64,000 nucleotides of DNA from a virus (lineage: Duplodnaviria; Caudoviricetes): the IMG/VR virus record IMGVR_UViG_3300033068_001924, positions 3,305 to 67,304 of that record. One strand, written 5' to 3'. Below the pieces are notes generated by a model. It did not search any database. It saw only the letters and a list, made by a program, of their open reading frames with translations, and was not told where the DNA came from. Both the position numbers and the translations under genes were made by a program. Below, piece after piece: positions 45,268-53,697 of the stretch; the first letter of the stretch is position 1; each line of letters starts with the position of its first letter.

Positions 45268-48114
45268 GTGGCACCGATCAAAAAACTGGCGAGCAAGGCC
45301 CTCGACCTCATCGGCCCGCGTCATGCGGCGCTTGAGGAGGCACGCCAGAATGCTGTTCGTCTGCTCGGCCTGCCGGAGGACAACACTGCGCTCGACCGCG
45401 CCGCCGCGCTCGGCTTTAACAAGCTGGTCTATCACTCCTCGTTGGAGGAGCTGGACAGGTTCGAGCCGCGCGGCAAGTTTATGGGGCACAAGGGTGTGAC
45501 CGGCATCCACATGACCGACAAGCCCGAGGTCGCCAATGCCTACCTCGATCGCTTTGGTGATTATCGCTATGACGGCACCAAGTTCCAAAAGAACGTCATG
45601 CCGCTGCTGCTGAATGACGAGGGGTTCATCCCGCGCTCGATTCATGGCTATCCGCCGCCGAGGGGTGGGCCGACGGGTGCCCCGGTGCCGGAGGGGTTCG
45701 AGAACCCCTTTCGTCGGCAGGGTGCTGAGGGGGCAACTTTCACCGATGCCATCAAGATCAAAAAGGGTGTCGTCGAGCACGGCGATGGCAAGAAATCCCT
45801 GCGCTACAAGGAATACGTCACCGACAACCCGGCCCGGGTGCGGTCGCGATTTGCTGCCTTCGACCCCGCCCGCATCAATGAACGCGATCTCCTCGCCTCC
45901 GGCGCTGGTGTTGCAGTAGGCGCAGGCGCGGCAGCTGAGGGCTACCAGAGCGCGCCCGGCTACGCCGGCGGCGGCGCGGTGCGCAAACTGGCTGGCAAGC
46001 TCACGGCTGTTTCCCGTGAAACACCGGGCAAGCCATCCTCGTTGCTGATCCCCGGTCGTGGCCGGGTCGAGGCAGCACCGATCAAGGAGCTGGAGGATGC
46101 CGCTTCGGGCTACATGACCAGCCGGGGCGTTCCCGATGCCCACAGGATCGAGGCCTTCCCTGAGTTTGATGAGGAGAAGGCGGCCAAGATCGCCGAGGCC
46201 TTCGAGCGCATGAAGCACAACCCCAACGATCCGGCGGTCAGGCGCTCCTATGACGCCATGATCGAGGAGACGCTGGCGCAGTACAAGGCGCTGGAAGATG
46301 CTGGCATCGATTACCGTTTTCTCAAGGACGGCGAGGCCGACCCTTATGCGCTGTCGCCGGCGCTCGGCTATGCCGACCTGATCGAGAATGGCAAGTTGCA
46401 CGTGTTTCCGACCGAGCAGGGTTTCGGCACCCTCAATGCGGTCGACGACAACCCGCTGTTGAAAAAGGTCGGCCGCATCGGTGACCTCAAGGACGCCACC
46501 GCCAACGACGCCTTTCGCGCCGTGCATGACTCGTTTGGCCACTTTGCCCCGGGCAACCCGTTCTTCCGCCACAAGGGCGAGGACCGGGCATGGTATGCCC
46601 ATTCCAAGATGTATTCCGACGATGCTTTGCCGGCGATGTCGACCGAGACCCGGGGGCAGAACAGCTGGCTCAATTTCGGCCCCTATGCCGAGCACAACCG
46701 CACTGCCTTGGGTGGCGATACGGTGTTTGCTGACCAGAAGATCGGCATCCTGCCTCAATGGGCCTACAAGGGCTACGCCAAGGGCGGCCAGACCCGCAAC
46801 TGGCGCGTCTCAGCCAATGTCGAGGATCGCCGCCCGCCGGACGACCCGACCCGGTTCGCGCCATTGCCGGATCACGGCTCCGGCGCGGTCGAGAGCTGGC
46901 TGCGCCGCAACGCCAGCTGGCTCTGGGATGACGGTGCCGCCCACGCCAAGGGCGGTGAGCGCTCCGATCCGCGACGGGCCATCCCGGGGCATTTCATGAC
47001 CGTCCCCATGGAGCCCGATTTGTCACGCGGGGTCTACGAATCCGATGACGATCTCGCCGATCTGCCGATTCGGATGCCGACCGGGATGCCGCCGCGCCAC
47101 TTCGCTGCTGGCGGCTACCAGAGCGCCGACGCCATGCGCGACAACGACCTGATCGAGGATGCCACCTTCGTCGGCAAGGCATCGCGCATCGGCCGCCGCA
47201 GTCTCGACGATCTCGGGCGGCTGCTCCGGCGCGGCGACGCCCTCCCAATTGACGATCAGCGCCAGATTTGGCGCGAAGATGGTGTCGGCGTCACCCGTGA
47301 CGGCCATCCGATGGCCGAGATCAGCGATCGCGACGCCCGGCTCAAGGAATTGCCGGATTTCGGCCCGCAGCGCGACGAGGCGCCCGATCTCAACAGCTAC
47401 CTGATCCGCAAGGAAAAATGGGAGAAGGCGGGCGGCAAGGTGCCGGAGAACATGGTGCTCGGTGACGCCCTCGACCACCCTGAGCTGTACGACAATTACC
47501 CGGCGCTCAAGAGCCTGCCGCTCCGCTGGCGCAGCGATATGCCGGATAACTATGGCGGCCAGATGGACCTGATGAACGGCATGCCGCACACCATGCACCT
47601 CAACCGCCGCCGGGCGCCGGATGATATCCTCTCGACGGCGCTGCACGAGGGCCAGCATGGCGTGCAGGGGATTGAGGGCTGGGCCAATGGCACCGCCCCG
47701 GAAACGGTCGCCGATCTGATTTGGCAGCAGAAGGATATCGAGCAACGGGCGCTGAACGCGCAGGCGGTCAAGGACCTGCTCGAAGCCGGGTTGGCGCCGG
47801 CGGATATCCTCAAGCACGACGCCATGGGTCACATCCCGCTGGTCGACCGCAAGCAGGTGATCGAACTGGCCGAAATGTTGCCGGCCGACCAGATCGAGGG
47901 GCTGGTGCAATCCTCGCGCCGGCTCGCTCGTGTCTACGACAGCCCGTTCAATGTCTACCAGCGCCAGATCGGCGAGCGGCAGGCGCGCAATACTCAAGCC
48001 CGGCAGTCACTGACGCCGGAGGAGCGGCAGGCCAAGTTCTGGCGCGACACCGAGGATCGCCCCGGCGAGGCGATCATTACCGGCGGCAAGTACGGGGATT
48101 TTACATTTGACTGA
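45268..48114 (+). CDS. Large polyvalent protein: ART-like domain, unknown domain, LPD23-like HExxH domain
   Basis: YHSS..F...GI..TD.P.VA..Y (ART-PolyVal-like); HDSFGH; LDHPELY..YP.L...HEGQH..Q.IEG...GE..ARN.Q.R. Confidence 0.7.
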   Translation: MAPIKKLASKALDLIGPRHAALEEARQNAVRLLGLPEDNTALDRAAALGFNKLVYHSSLEELDRFEPRGKFMGHKGVTGIHMTDKPEVANAYLDRFGDYRYDGTKFQKNVMPLLLNDEGFIPRSIHGYPPPRGGPTGAPVPEGFENPFRRQGAEGATFTDAIKIKKGVVEHGDGKKSLRYKEYVTDNPARVRSRFAAFDPARINERDLLASGAGVAVGAGAAAEGYQSAPGYAGGGAVRKLAGKLTAVSRETPGKPSSLLIPGRGRVEAAPIKELEDAASGYMTSRGVPDAHRIEAFPEFDEEKAAKIAEAFERMKHNPNDPAVRRSYDAMIEETLAQYKALEDAGIDYRFLKDGEADPYALSPALGYADLIENGKLHVFPTEQGFGTLNAVDDNPLLKKVGRIGDLKDATANDAFRAVHDSFGHFAPGNPFFRHKGEDRAWYAHSKMYSDDALPAMSTETRGQNSWLNFGPYAEHNRTALGGDTVFADQKIGILPQWAYKGYAKGGQTRNWRVSANVEDRRPPDDPTRFAPLPDHGSGAVESWLRRNASWLWDDGAAHAKGGERSDPRRAIPGHFMTVPMEPDLSRGVYESDDDLADLPIRMPTGMPPRHFAAGGYQSADAMRDNDLIEDATFVGKASRIGRRSLDDLGRLLRRGDALPIDDQRQIWREDGVGVTRDGHPMAEISDRDARLKELPDFGPQRDEAPDLNSYLIRKEKWEKAGGKVPENMVLGDALDHPELYDNYPALKSLPLRWRSDMPDNYGGQMDLMNGMPHTMHLNRRRAPDDILSTALHEGQHGVQGIEGWANGTAPETVADLIWQQKDIEQRALNAQAVKDLLEAGLAPADILKHDAMGHIPLVDRKQVIELAEMLPADQIEGLVQSSRRLARVYDSPFNVYQRQIGERQARNTQARQSLTPEERQAKFWRDTEDRPGEAIITGGKYGDFTFD

Positions 48115-48307
48115 GCGCGATAAAATGATCGAGCAAGTCGGGATTGCGCAGCCATGCACCCGCCGGCAGCAGCAGCTCGCAGTCACCGCGCACCTCGCGG
48201 ATCATCATCTGGCCCTCGGGCGTCAGGAAATACTCCGAGCGCCCGCCGACACGCTCGATCACCTTCGGATTCTCGCGGGTATCGGCTGCCGTGATGTCAT
48301 AAACCAT
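48101..48307 (-). CDS. Small antisense hypothetical protein (68 aa)
   Basis: GAGGA RBS 7 nt before ATG; fills the gap between two + strand genes. Confidence 0.4.
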   Translation of the reverse strand: MVYDITAADTRENPKVIERVGGRSEYFLTPEGQMMIREVRGDCELLLPAGAWLRNPDLLDHFIALSQM

Positions 48308-48323
48308 GGGGGATTCCTCTGAG

Positions 48324-49895
48324 ATGGCCAAGGCAGGATACACCTCTTACGCCGAAGGGGGAAGCGCCGAGCGCGAGCTGGGTGAGCGGCTGGTGCCGTC
48401 AACCTCGCGCAAGCTGCGTTACGGCATGCGCTATGGCGGCGTCGACCCGCTGCTGATCGCCGATCGCCGCGCCGCCGACGGTTACACTGACATCAATCGG
48501 CCGCTGTCGATGATCCCGGCCAAACTTGAACCATCGAGCATCACACCAACATTGCGCCAGCGCACGGCCCGTGCGTTCTTGGGCGACAACCCGACCTCGG
48601 CGGCGCGGCAAATCCTCAACCTTGCCATCGGTCAGGATGAGGGGGTCGGGGAGCCCGGCCTGTCGCTGATAGACCTGTCGCCGGTCAATCCGTTCGACGT
48701 CGAAGAAGGCTATCGCGACAGCGGCCTCGTCGGGGCCTTTCTCGGGCTCGGTGCCGCCAAGGCCAAGAAGGGCTGGAAACCCGCCAAGCGGCTCGCTAGG
48801 CCGCTTCTCGGCTATGCCGGCGGCGGTGTCGTCAATAAGGCGGCGAAGATTCTCGCCAAGACCTTCGGTGACGATATCGCTGCGCCGGCGGTAAAAAAGG
48901 CCGATGCGCCGTTGTTCGATTACTCGCGCCTGCGTGAGGTGCCGGATGTGCCGCAGCATGACCTGCCGCGCTGGGTGCCGCCACGCGGTGTCTCGGAGCG
49001 TGTCGGCGATCTGCTCGACGACCGCAAGACGATCCGCAAGCTCGAAAGTGTCATCGATCGCGGTCTCGTCGGCAACGGCCCGGCATGGTACAACAACGAG
49101 CCGTTGCGCGAGGAATTTATCGCCGAATTCGGGCGTGAGGCCGGCGAAGCCAATTTCCGCCGCTATATGGACTACGTCGCTGGCGCCTCGCCGCGCTCCG
49201 ATATCGGCACCAATGTCCGTAACGCCTCGTTTTATTACGGCCTCGACAAGCGCGGCGAGCCGCTGCCGGATATCAACCCGAAGCCCTACGGCCACATGGC
49301 CCAGAAAACCCACCGCAGCAATGCCGAGCAGATTCGGGCTGACGACGGCTGGGATGTCATGGCCAATCCGAAACCGGCCTCGTTCGTCGAGAATCTGGTC
49401 GGCAACCAGAGCCCCGGCACGATGGACGCGCACGCGCTGAAACTGCCGGCGATGCTGTCGGGCGATCCCCGTTTTCTCGCCACCGATTACCGCGTCAAGA
49501 ACAAGAAGACCGGCGAGTTCACCACCTTCAAGCCGCGCCAGATGTTCGAGAGCGGGGAACTCAGCATGAAGGAGGCGTTGCAACGTCCGGCCTTCTTCGA
49601 TGCCCAGCCTAATGCCAATGAATATGGCGCCCTTGAGGGGCTCTATCGTGATATCGGCCGCAAGAAAGGCGCCACGACAGCACAGACGCAGGCCTCGGGC
49701 TGGATCGCTGGCGGCGACATCACTGATCTCGGTTCGCCCGGCGACCCGTTTCTGAAAGTGTTCGAGGATCGCGTTCGTCTCACTGCCGACAAGACCGGCA
49801 AGACTCCGCAGGAGGTCCTGCGGGGGTTCATGCGCGGCAATGTCGACCTGCTCAAGAAGGGCGGCCGGGTGGGGTATGCTTCAAGCAGGTGTTGA
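48324..49895 (+). CDS. Polyvalent-type protein with putative HhH-glycosylase-like C-terminal domain
   Basis: WY...SPR.....N..NA...K..SF..N..GN....T.D.HA...Y...E...R......Q..Q...W pattern; start may be 48306. Confidence 0.55.
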   Translation: MAKAGYTSYAEGGSAERELGERLVPSTSRKLRYGMRYGGVDPLLIADRRAADGYTDINRPLSMIPAKLEPSSITPTLRQRTARAFLGDNPTSAARQILNLAIGQDEGVGEPGLSLIDLSPVNPFDVEEGYRDSGLVGAFLGLGAAKAKKGWKPAKRLARPLLGYAGGGVVNKAAKILAKTFGDDIAAPAVKKADAPLFDYSRLREVPDVPQHDLPRWVPPRGVSERVGDLLDDRKTIRKLESVIDRGLVGNGPAWYNNEPLREEFIAEFGREAGEANFRRYMDYVAGASPRSDIGTNVRNASFYYGLDKRGEPLPDINPKPYGHMAQKTHRSNAEQIRADDGWDVMANPKPASFVENLVGNQSPGTMDAHALKLPAMLSGDPRFLATDYRVKNKKTGEFTTFKPRQMFESGELSMKEALQRPAFFDAQPNANEYGALEGLYRDIGRKKGATTAQTQASGWIAGGDITDLGSPGDPFLKVFEDRVRLTADKTGKTPQEVLRGFMRGNVDLLKKGGRVGYASSRC

Positions 49896-50157
49896 ATTCG
49901 CGCTGCAGGGCGATCAGGGCGTTGGTGTAGGTGCCTTCGATCTTGCGGTAGGCGGGCCAGCCGCCTTGGGTGATCTCGACCTCCCAGCGCAGATCGGCGC
50001 GGCGCAGGATTTTGCCAACCGCCTGCCCTGAGCGTACCGCCGCCCAGATCACTCCGGCGGTGTCGCGCTCCATGGGGATACGTTCATAGATGATGTCGGG
50101 GTTGACTGCAGCGGCGCCGAGCGGCGGCAGGTCAGTCGAGCGCACCGGGCGGGTCAT
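49852..50157 (-). CDS. Hypothetical protein
   Basis: Last gene of the leftward cluster. Confidence 0.5.
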   Translation of the reverse strand: MTRPVRSTDLPPLGAAAVNPDIIYERIPMERDTAGVIWAAVRSGQAVGKILRRADLRWEVEITQGGWPAYRKIEGTYTNALIALQREFNTCLKHTPPGRPS

Positions 50158-50570
50158 GGGGACTTCTCAATGAAGCGCCGGCCAGACCTGAGCTGGCGTT
50201 CGGAGATGTGGATGATATCGCGCACCCGTGCTCCTGAGATACCGTATTGTGCGCCGATGGCTCTGAGTGTCAGACCTTCGGCGCGCAACCGCAGGATTTC
50301 ACAGGAGCGCCGGTTGAGCGGAATGGGTGCGGGTGGTCCGGCGACCTCATAGATGGAGCCCTCATATCGCAAGGGGATTTTATTGAGGGCCAAGGCCTCC
50401 CGAATCTCACATAATGATTTTCGTCCGAGGCCGGGGATCGTGAGAAGATCACGGGCGCTCCATCGTCTGAGCTGGCCGATGGTGGTGATGCCGGCAGATG
50501 CGAGGGTCCGGTTGCTGCGCACGCTCATCCTCAAGCGGGTGATGACGATGTCGTCGATCGTTTCGGTCAT
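50154..50570 (-). CDS. RNA polymerase alpha-CTD-like domain fused to a sigma70 region 4-like HTH
   Basis: L.MSVRS...L...GI..IG.L...DLL.IPGLG.KSL.EI.E.L; then L..R..EILRLR..G.TL..IG..YG.S..RVR.I. Confidence 0.8.
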   Translation of the reverse strand: MTETIDDIVITRLRMSVRSNRTLASAGITTIGQLRRWSARDLLTIPGLGRKSLCEIREALALNKIPLRYEGSIYEVAGPPAPIPLNRRSCEILRLRAEGLTLRAIGAQYGISGARVRDIIHISERQLRSGRRFIEKSP

Positions 50571-51298
50571 TTCGCCAGTACCTTTTGTGGTGGTCGCGCC
50601 GGCATCTCGCCGACATAATTGACCAGCACCGGCTCGATATAGATCGGCCGGGTCTTTTCCCAGTTCTCGCCATAGCGCTGCTCGCGGACGTGGCCGGCGC
50701 GCAGGTGCACCGGCATCGACCGCCCGGTCTTGCCGCTGCCGGCGATCTTGCCGTCGCGGGCGTAGACGGTGCCGACCCGGACCACGGTGTGGCGAGGCAC
50801 GGCGATACGGCCGGCGACGAGGCGCTTGGCGTTGAGGCGGTTCGGCTCGATCAGCTCCTTGGCGATCCCCCGGGTGTTGAGCATCATCAGGGCGCAGAAC
50901 GCCGCGAAAGCAGCATAGACGCCCTCATGCTTGTGCATGAAGCCGTCGACGCTGACGCCGTCGCCGGTAAAACTCAAGGTGGCGGCAGCCGGCGCGACGG
51001 CGCAGACGGCGCCGTGCAACACCGCCTGCCGCGCCTGCAACACCCCAGCGCTTTCCTGCAACAGCACGAAAGCCCGACCGACGCCGAGCGAGAACTCGAC
51101 CAGCAGTCGGGGATAGGGCAACCGGCAGACCCCGGCGGCAATCATCGCGGTGATGCTCTGGCCGACGGAGTCGCTCTGCATGACCGTATTGAGACTGTCA
51201 TCGACGACGTAATGCGGCACTGTCGCCATCTCGCGCAGCAGCGGATCGGGCGAGAATTCGAGCGCCTGATGCAGCTTGGTGGCGATATACTTGGTCAT
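50567..51298 (-). CDS. Conserved phage hypothetical protein
   Basis: C-terminal P.H.R.GH.R.Q.YG......I.P..V motif. Confidence 0.65.
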   Translation of the reverse strand: MTKYIATKLHQALEFSPDPLLREMATVPHYVVDDSLNTVMQSDSVGQSITAMIAAGVCRLPYPRLLVEFSLGVGRAFVLLQESAGVLQARQAVLHGAVCAVAPAAATLSFTGDGVSVDGFMHKHEGVYAAFAAFCALMMLNTRGIAKELIEPNRLNAKRLVAGRIAVPRHTVVRVGTVYARDGKIAGSGKTGRSMPVHLRAGHVREQRYGENWEKTRPIYIEPVLVNYVGEMPARPPQKVLAK

Positions 51299-51501
51299 GG
51301 ACCCCTCTTCTCCCGCCAGCCGCGATCCGGGTCGTAATAGACCTCGCCACGATCTGCGCGCTCGGAGCAGGTCAGGCATAGCGCGGAATCATCGCCGAGG
51401 GCGACATGGTTGCAGATGTGGCAGCGGTTGAGGTTCTGGATGACCTCAACCGCCTTCTCGGATTCCTGTCGGAGGTAACGCACCAGCTTGCGAAAATTCA
51501 T
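51295..51501 (-). CDS. Small Zn-finger-like protein
   Basis: CHIC...CLTC; GAGG RBS. Confidence 0.5.
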   Translation of the reverse strand: MNFRKLVRYLRQESEKAVEVIQNLNRCHICNHVALGDDSALCLTCSERADRGEVYYDPDRGWREKRGP

Positions 51502-51505
51502 CGCC

Positions 51506-51778
51506 TCATCCCTTCCGGGTGGCGACGAACACCGCCGCAGCGCGCGTCCATGCCGACAGTCGGCGGCGCCCGCTCGACGGCGTGGCCTCGCGATAGCCGT
51601 CGAACCACGGCCCGCGAGCCTTGGTGCGGGCAAGCCCGGCCGCGTTGCTGCAGGTGCTGGAGGATGTCTCGGGGTCGCGGCAATGCTTCTGGGCCGCCTC
51701 CAGCGTGAGGCCGGTCTTGACGATAGCCTCCGGGTGGTTGGGGTCCTGATAGAAGCGGACGATCTCATAATCGGGCAT
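51506..51778 (-). CDS. Hypothetical protein
   Basis: YEIVRFY...GLTLE.AQ.HC.DPETSS...WFDGY motif. Confidence 0.6.
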   Translation of the reverse strand: MPDYEIVRFYQDPNHPEAIVKTGLTLEAAQKHCRDPETSSSTCSNAAGLARTKARGPWFDGYREATPSSGRRRLSAWTRAAAVFVATRKG

Positions 51779-51978
51779 CAGACGTACTCCACCTCGAAGC
51801 CGGCAGCCTCAAGGTTGTTGGCGATATCGCGGGCCGGTCGCCAGTCGGTGGTGAAATTGCTCGATACTCCCATCCAGTCCTCGACCGCGAAGTTGGTGTC
51901 AGCGAAGCTCTTGGCTTCATCCGAGACCGCCTTGATGGTCCAGACGGTGCCGTGGTTGGCGGCAGTGAAATCGGCCAT
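51778..51978 (-). CDS. Hypothetical protein
   Basis: GAGGGG RBS before ATG 51978. Confidence 0.6.
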   Translation of the reverse strand: MADFTAANHGTVWTIKAVSDEAKSFADTNFAVEDWMGVSSNFTTDWRPARDIANNLEAAGFEVEYV

Positions 51979-52002
51979 GGTGAATCCCCTCAAGGTTGGC
52001 TG

Positions 52003-52272
52003 TTACAGATAGTTGCCGCGAAACACCTTCACGCCTACCCCGGTCATGGACGTGATCTCACGAGCCTTTTTCTCGGCTTGCTCTTTGGCCCACCCGTTCC
52101 GGGTTTCATCTCCGCGCGGGTAGGGGTAACGGTAACTTTCATCGAAGCCGGCCTCTTTCAACTTAGCTCGGAGCGGCTCGCGTTTCTCGCGGCGCTCCCG
52201 TGATGTCAGTCCGCCAAAATACGGGAGGCCAACGCCCCAGAACTCTGTGATCTGGTGACTGGTGTTGAACAT
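52003..52272 (-). CDS. Hypothetical protein
   Basis: AAGGAG RBS; first gene of the leftward cluster. Confidence 0.6.
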   Translation of the reverse strand: MFNTSHQITEFWGVGLPYFGGLTSRERREKREPLRAKLKEAGFDESYRYPYPRGDETRNGWAKEQAEKKAREITSMTGVGVKVFRGNYL

Positions 52273-52315
52273 TGTCTCTCTCCTTTGCTTCGGCCTTGAG
52301 CCGGCTATGGCTGAA

Positions 52316-52385
52316 AGCATGCCACAACGACAGCCGCTGTCAACTGAATTTGTGGCTTGACGCCACAGATTAGTGCGTGTCTACT
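52316..52385. promoter_or_regulatory. Divergent promoter region with operator
   Basis: Minus-strand TTGACA (52338-52343); TGTGGC-TTGAC-GCCACA (52351-52367) contains a plus-strand TTGACG; extra half-site at 52321. Confidence 0.65.
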
Positions 52386-52420
52386 GCCATGGCCATCCGG
52401 CAATTGAGAGGGGTCTCACC

Positions 52421-52684
52421 ATGTTCGGCAAGTTTCGCCCATTGCATACGCTGCGCCTGCGCAAAGCCGTCAGGGTCGCCAAGATGAACATCCGGCCGTC
52501 GCGGGCGCAGGCGATCCTGCTGCATTCTGACATGCACTTCGTGCCAGCCGGTCGTTTGATGACCGATACCGAAAAGCATGCGATTTCGCCGTTGTATTGC
52601 CTTCTCTGTGAAGATGAGGGTTGCCACTCGGTCGGGTGGGGGAATGCCCTGCGGGCAGCTCTAGCCAAGGTCGCTGCGTCATGA
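52421..52684 (+). CDS. Hypothetical protein
   Basis: GAGAGGGGTCT RBS. Confidence 0.55.
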   Translation: MFGKFRPLHTLRLRKAVRVAKMNIRPSRAQAILLHSDMHFVPAGRLMTDTEKHAISPLYCLLCEDEGCHSVGWGNALRAALAKVAAS

Positions 52685-52863
52685 AAACCACTCTGCGCCT
52701 CCGGCTCTGGGACCATAAGGCCGAGACCTATGTCGTTCGCGATGCGGAGCTGACGATCGACGTCGAAGCGCTTGTCGATCGTTTGGCCGCCAAGGCTATG
52801 CTTAGTAAGACGCGGCGGGCGACCGCGTTCTTCGGCAACATTGTCGTGAAGGTGCTCAAATGA
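52681..52863 (+). CDS. Hypothetical protein
   Basis: ATGA overlaps on both sides. Confidence 0.55.
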   Translation: MKTTLRLRLWDHKAETYVVRDAELTIDVEALVDRLAAKAMLSKTRRATAFFGNIVVKVLK

Positions 52864-53192
52864 GTGCCGATTACACCTACGCGGTCGTCGAGGGCGTGAT
52901 GTGCATTGTCGATGAAAATCTCGGCTCGACCAGCGTCACCAATGACGCCGCCAACATCATCGCCTCGCTGATCCTGACCGAGGCGCTGCCGCCCGGCATG
53001 CCGGTGATCTACCGCGACAGCGACGGCGTCTGGGATGGTATTCTCGTCGACGACGCCTTCGCCGGTTTTATTCCGCTCGGCACCCGCCACCAGCGCGATG
53101 CCGTGATGATGACCAAGGAACGCGAGCCCGACAATGTCGTCTGGCTCTCCCTACGCCAGCGCGCCCAGCGCGGCGTTCACCGCAGGAGATGA
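52860..53192 (+). CDS. Hypothetical protein
   Basis: SVTNDA..I...IYRDSDG.WDGI motif. Confidence 0.65.
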   Translation: MSADYTYAVVEGVMCIVDENLGSTSVTNDAANIIASLILTEALPPGMPVIYRDSDGVWDGILVDDAFAGFIPLGTRHQRDAVMMTKEREPDNVVWLSLRQRAQRGVHRRR

Positions 53193-53199
53193 GCGTCTA

Positions 53200-53634
53200 A
53201 TGCGAACCGCTCTGATGGAGGTCTGGACGGCCGAGGATACTACTGCCCCCGGCGAATTCTATTACCGCTGTGAGGCGATCAACCGTGGTGAGGGTGGTAC
53301 GTTTCAGGTGGAGCTGTATTACCAGCCCTATCACGTGCTGCGCCGTACCGAGAAGGGGGTGTGGATCAGAGTCGACTGGGACAGGGATCGCTTCATCCTC
53401 GATGGCTCGGGTAAGCGCTTCGCCTATCCGACCAAGGAGGCGGCGAAAGAGGGGCTGCTGCGGCGCAAGCTGCGCCAGATCGGCATTGTTGCCTACCAGC
53501 ACGATCTGGCGCAGGAGGTGGTCGCCTTGATCCGGGACAGGGAACTGCCGTCGGTGGCCGCTGCCCGGGATCGTCGAAAGCAATTCTGGATCAACTGGGC
53601 AGCTTACCTGCGCGGGTCTGGGGACGGCATCTAG
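53200..53634 (+). CDS. Hypothetical protein
   Basis: AGGAG RBS; T.KG.WI...RF...KRFAYPT.E.A motif. Confidence 0.65.
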   Translation: MRTALMEVWTAEDTTAPGEFYYRCEAINRGEGGTFQVELYYQPYHVLRRTEKGVWIRVDWDRDRFILDGSGKRFAYPTKEAAKEGLLRRKLRQIGIVAYQHDLAQEVVALIRDRELPSVAAARDRRKQFWINWAAYLRGSGDGI

Positions 53635-53638
53635 GCTG

Positions 53639-53673
53639 CCCTTCCGCTCTATCGCCGGGCTCTGGTAGATAGC
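53639..53673 (+). promoter_or_regulatory. Candidate late promoter of the head operon
   Basis: CCCTTCCGCTCTATC-N10-GGTAGATAGC. Confidence 0.55.
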
Positions 53674-53697
53674 GCTCTCCATGCCGGGGAGCGCTAT

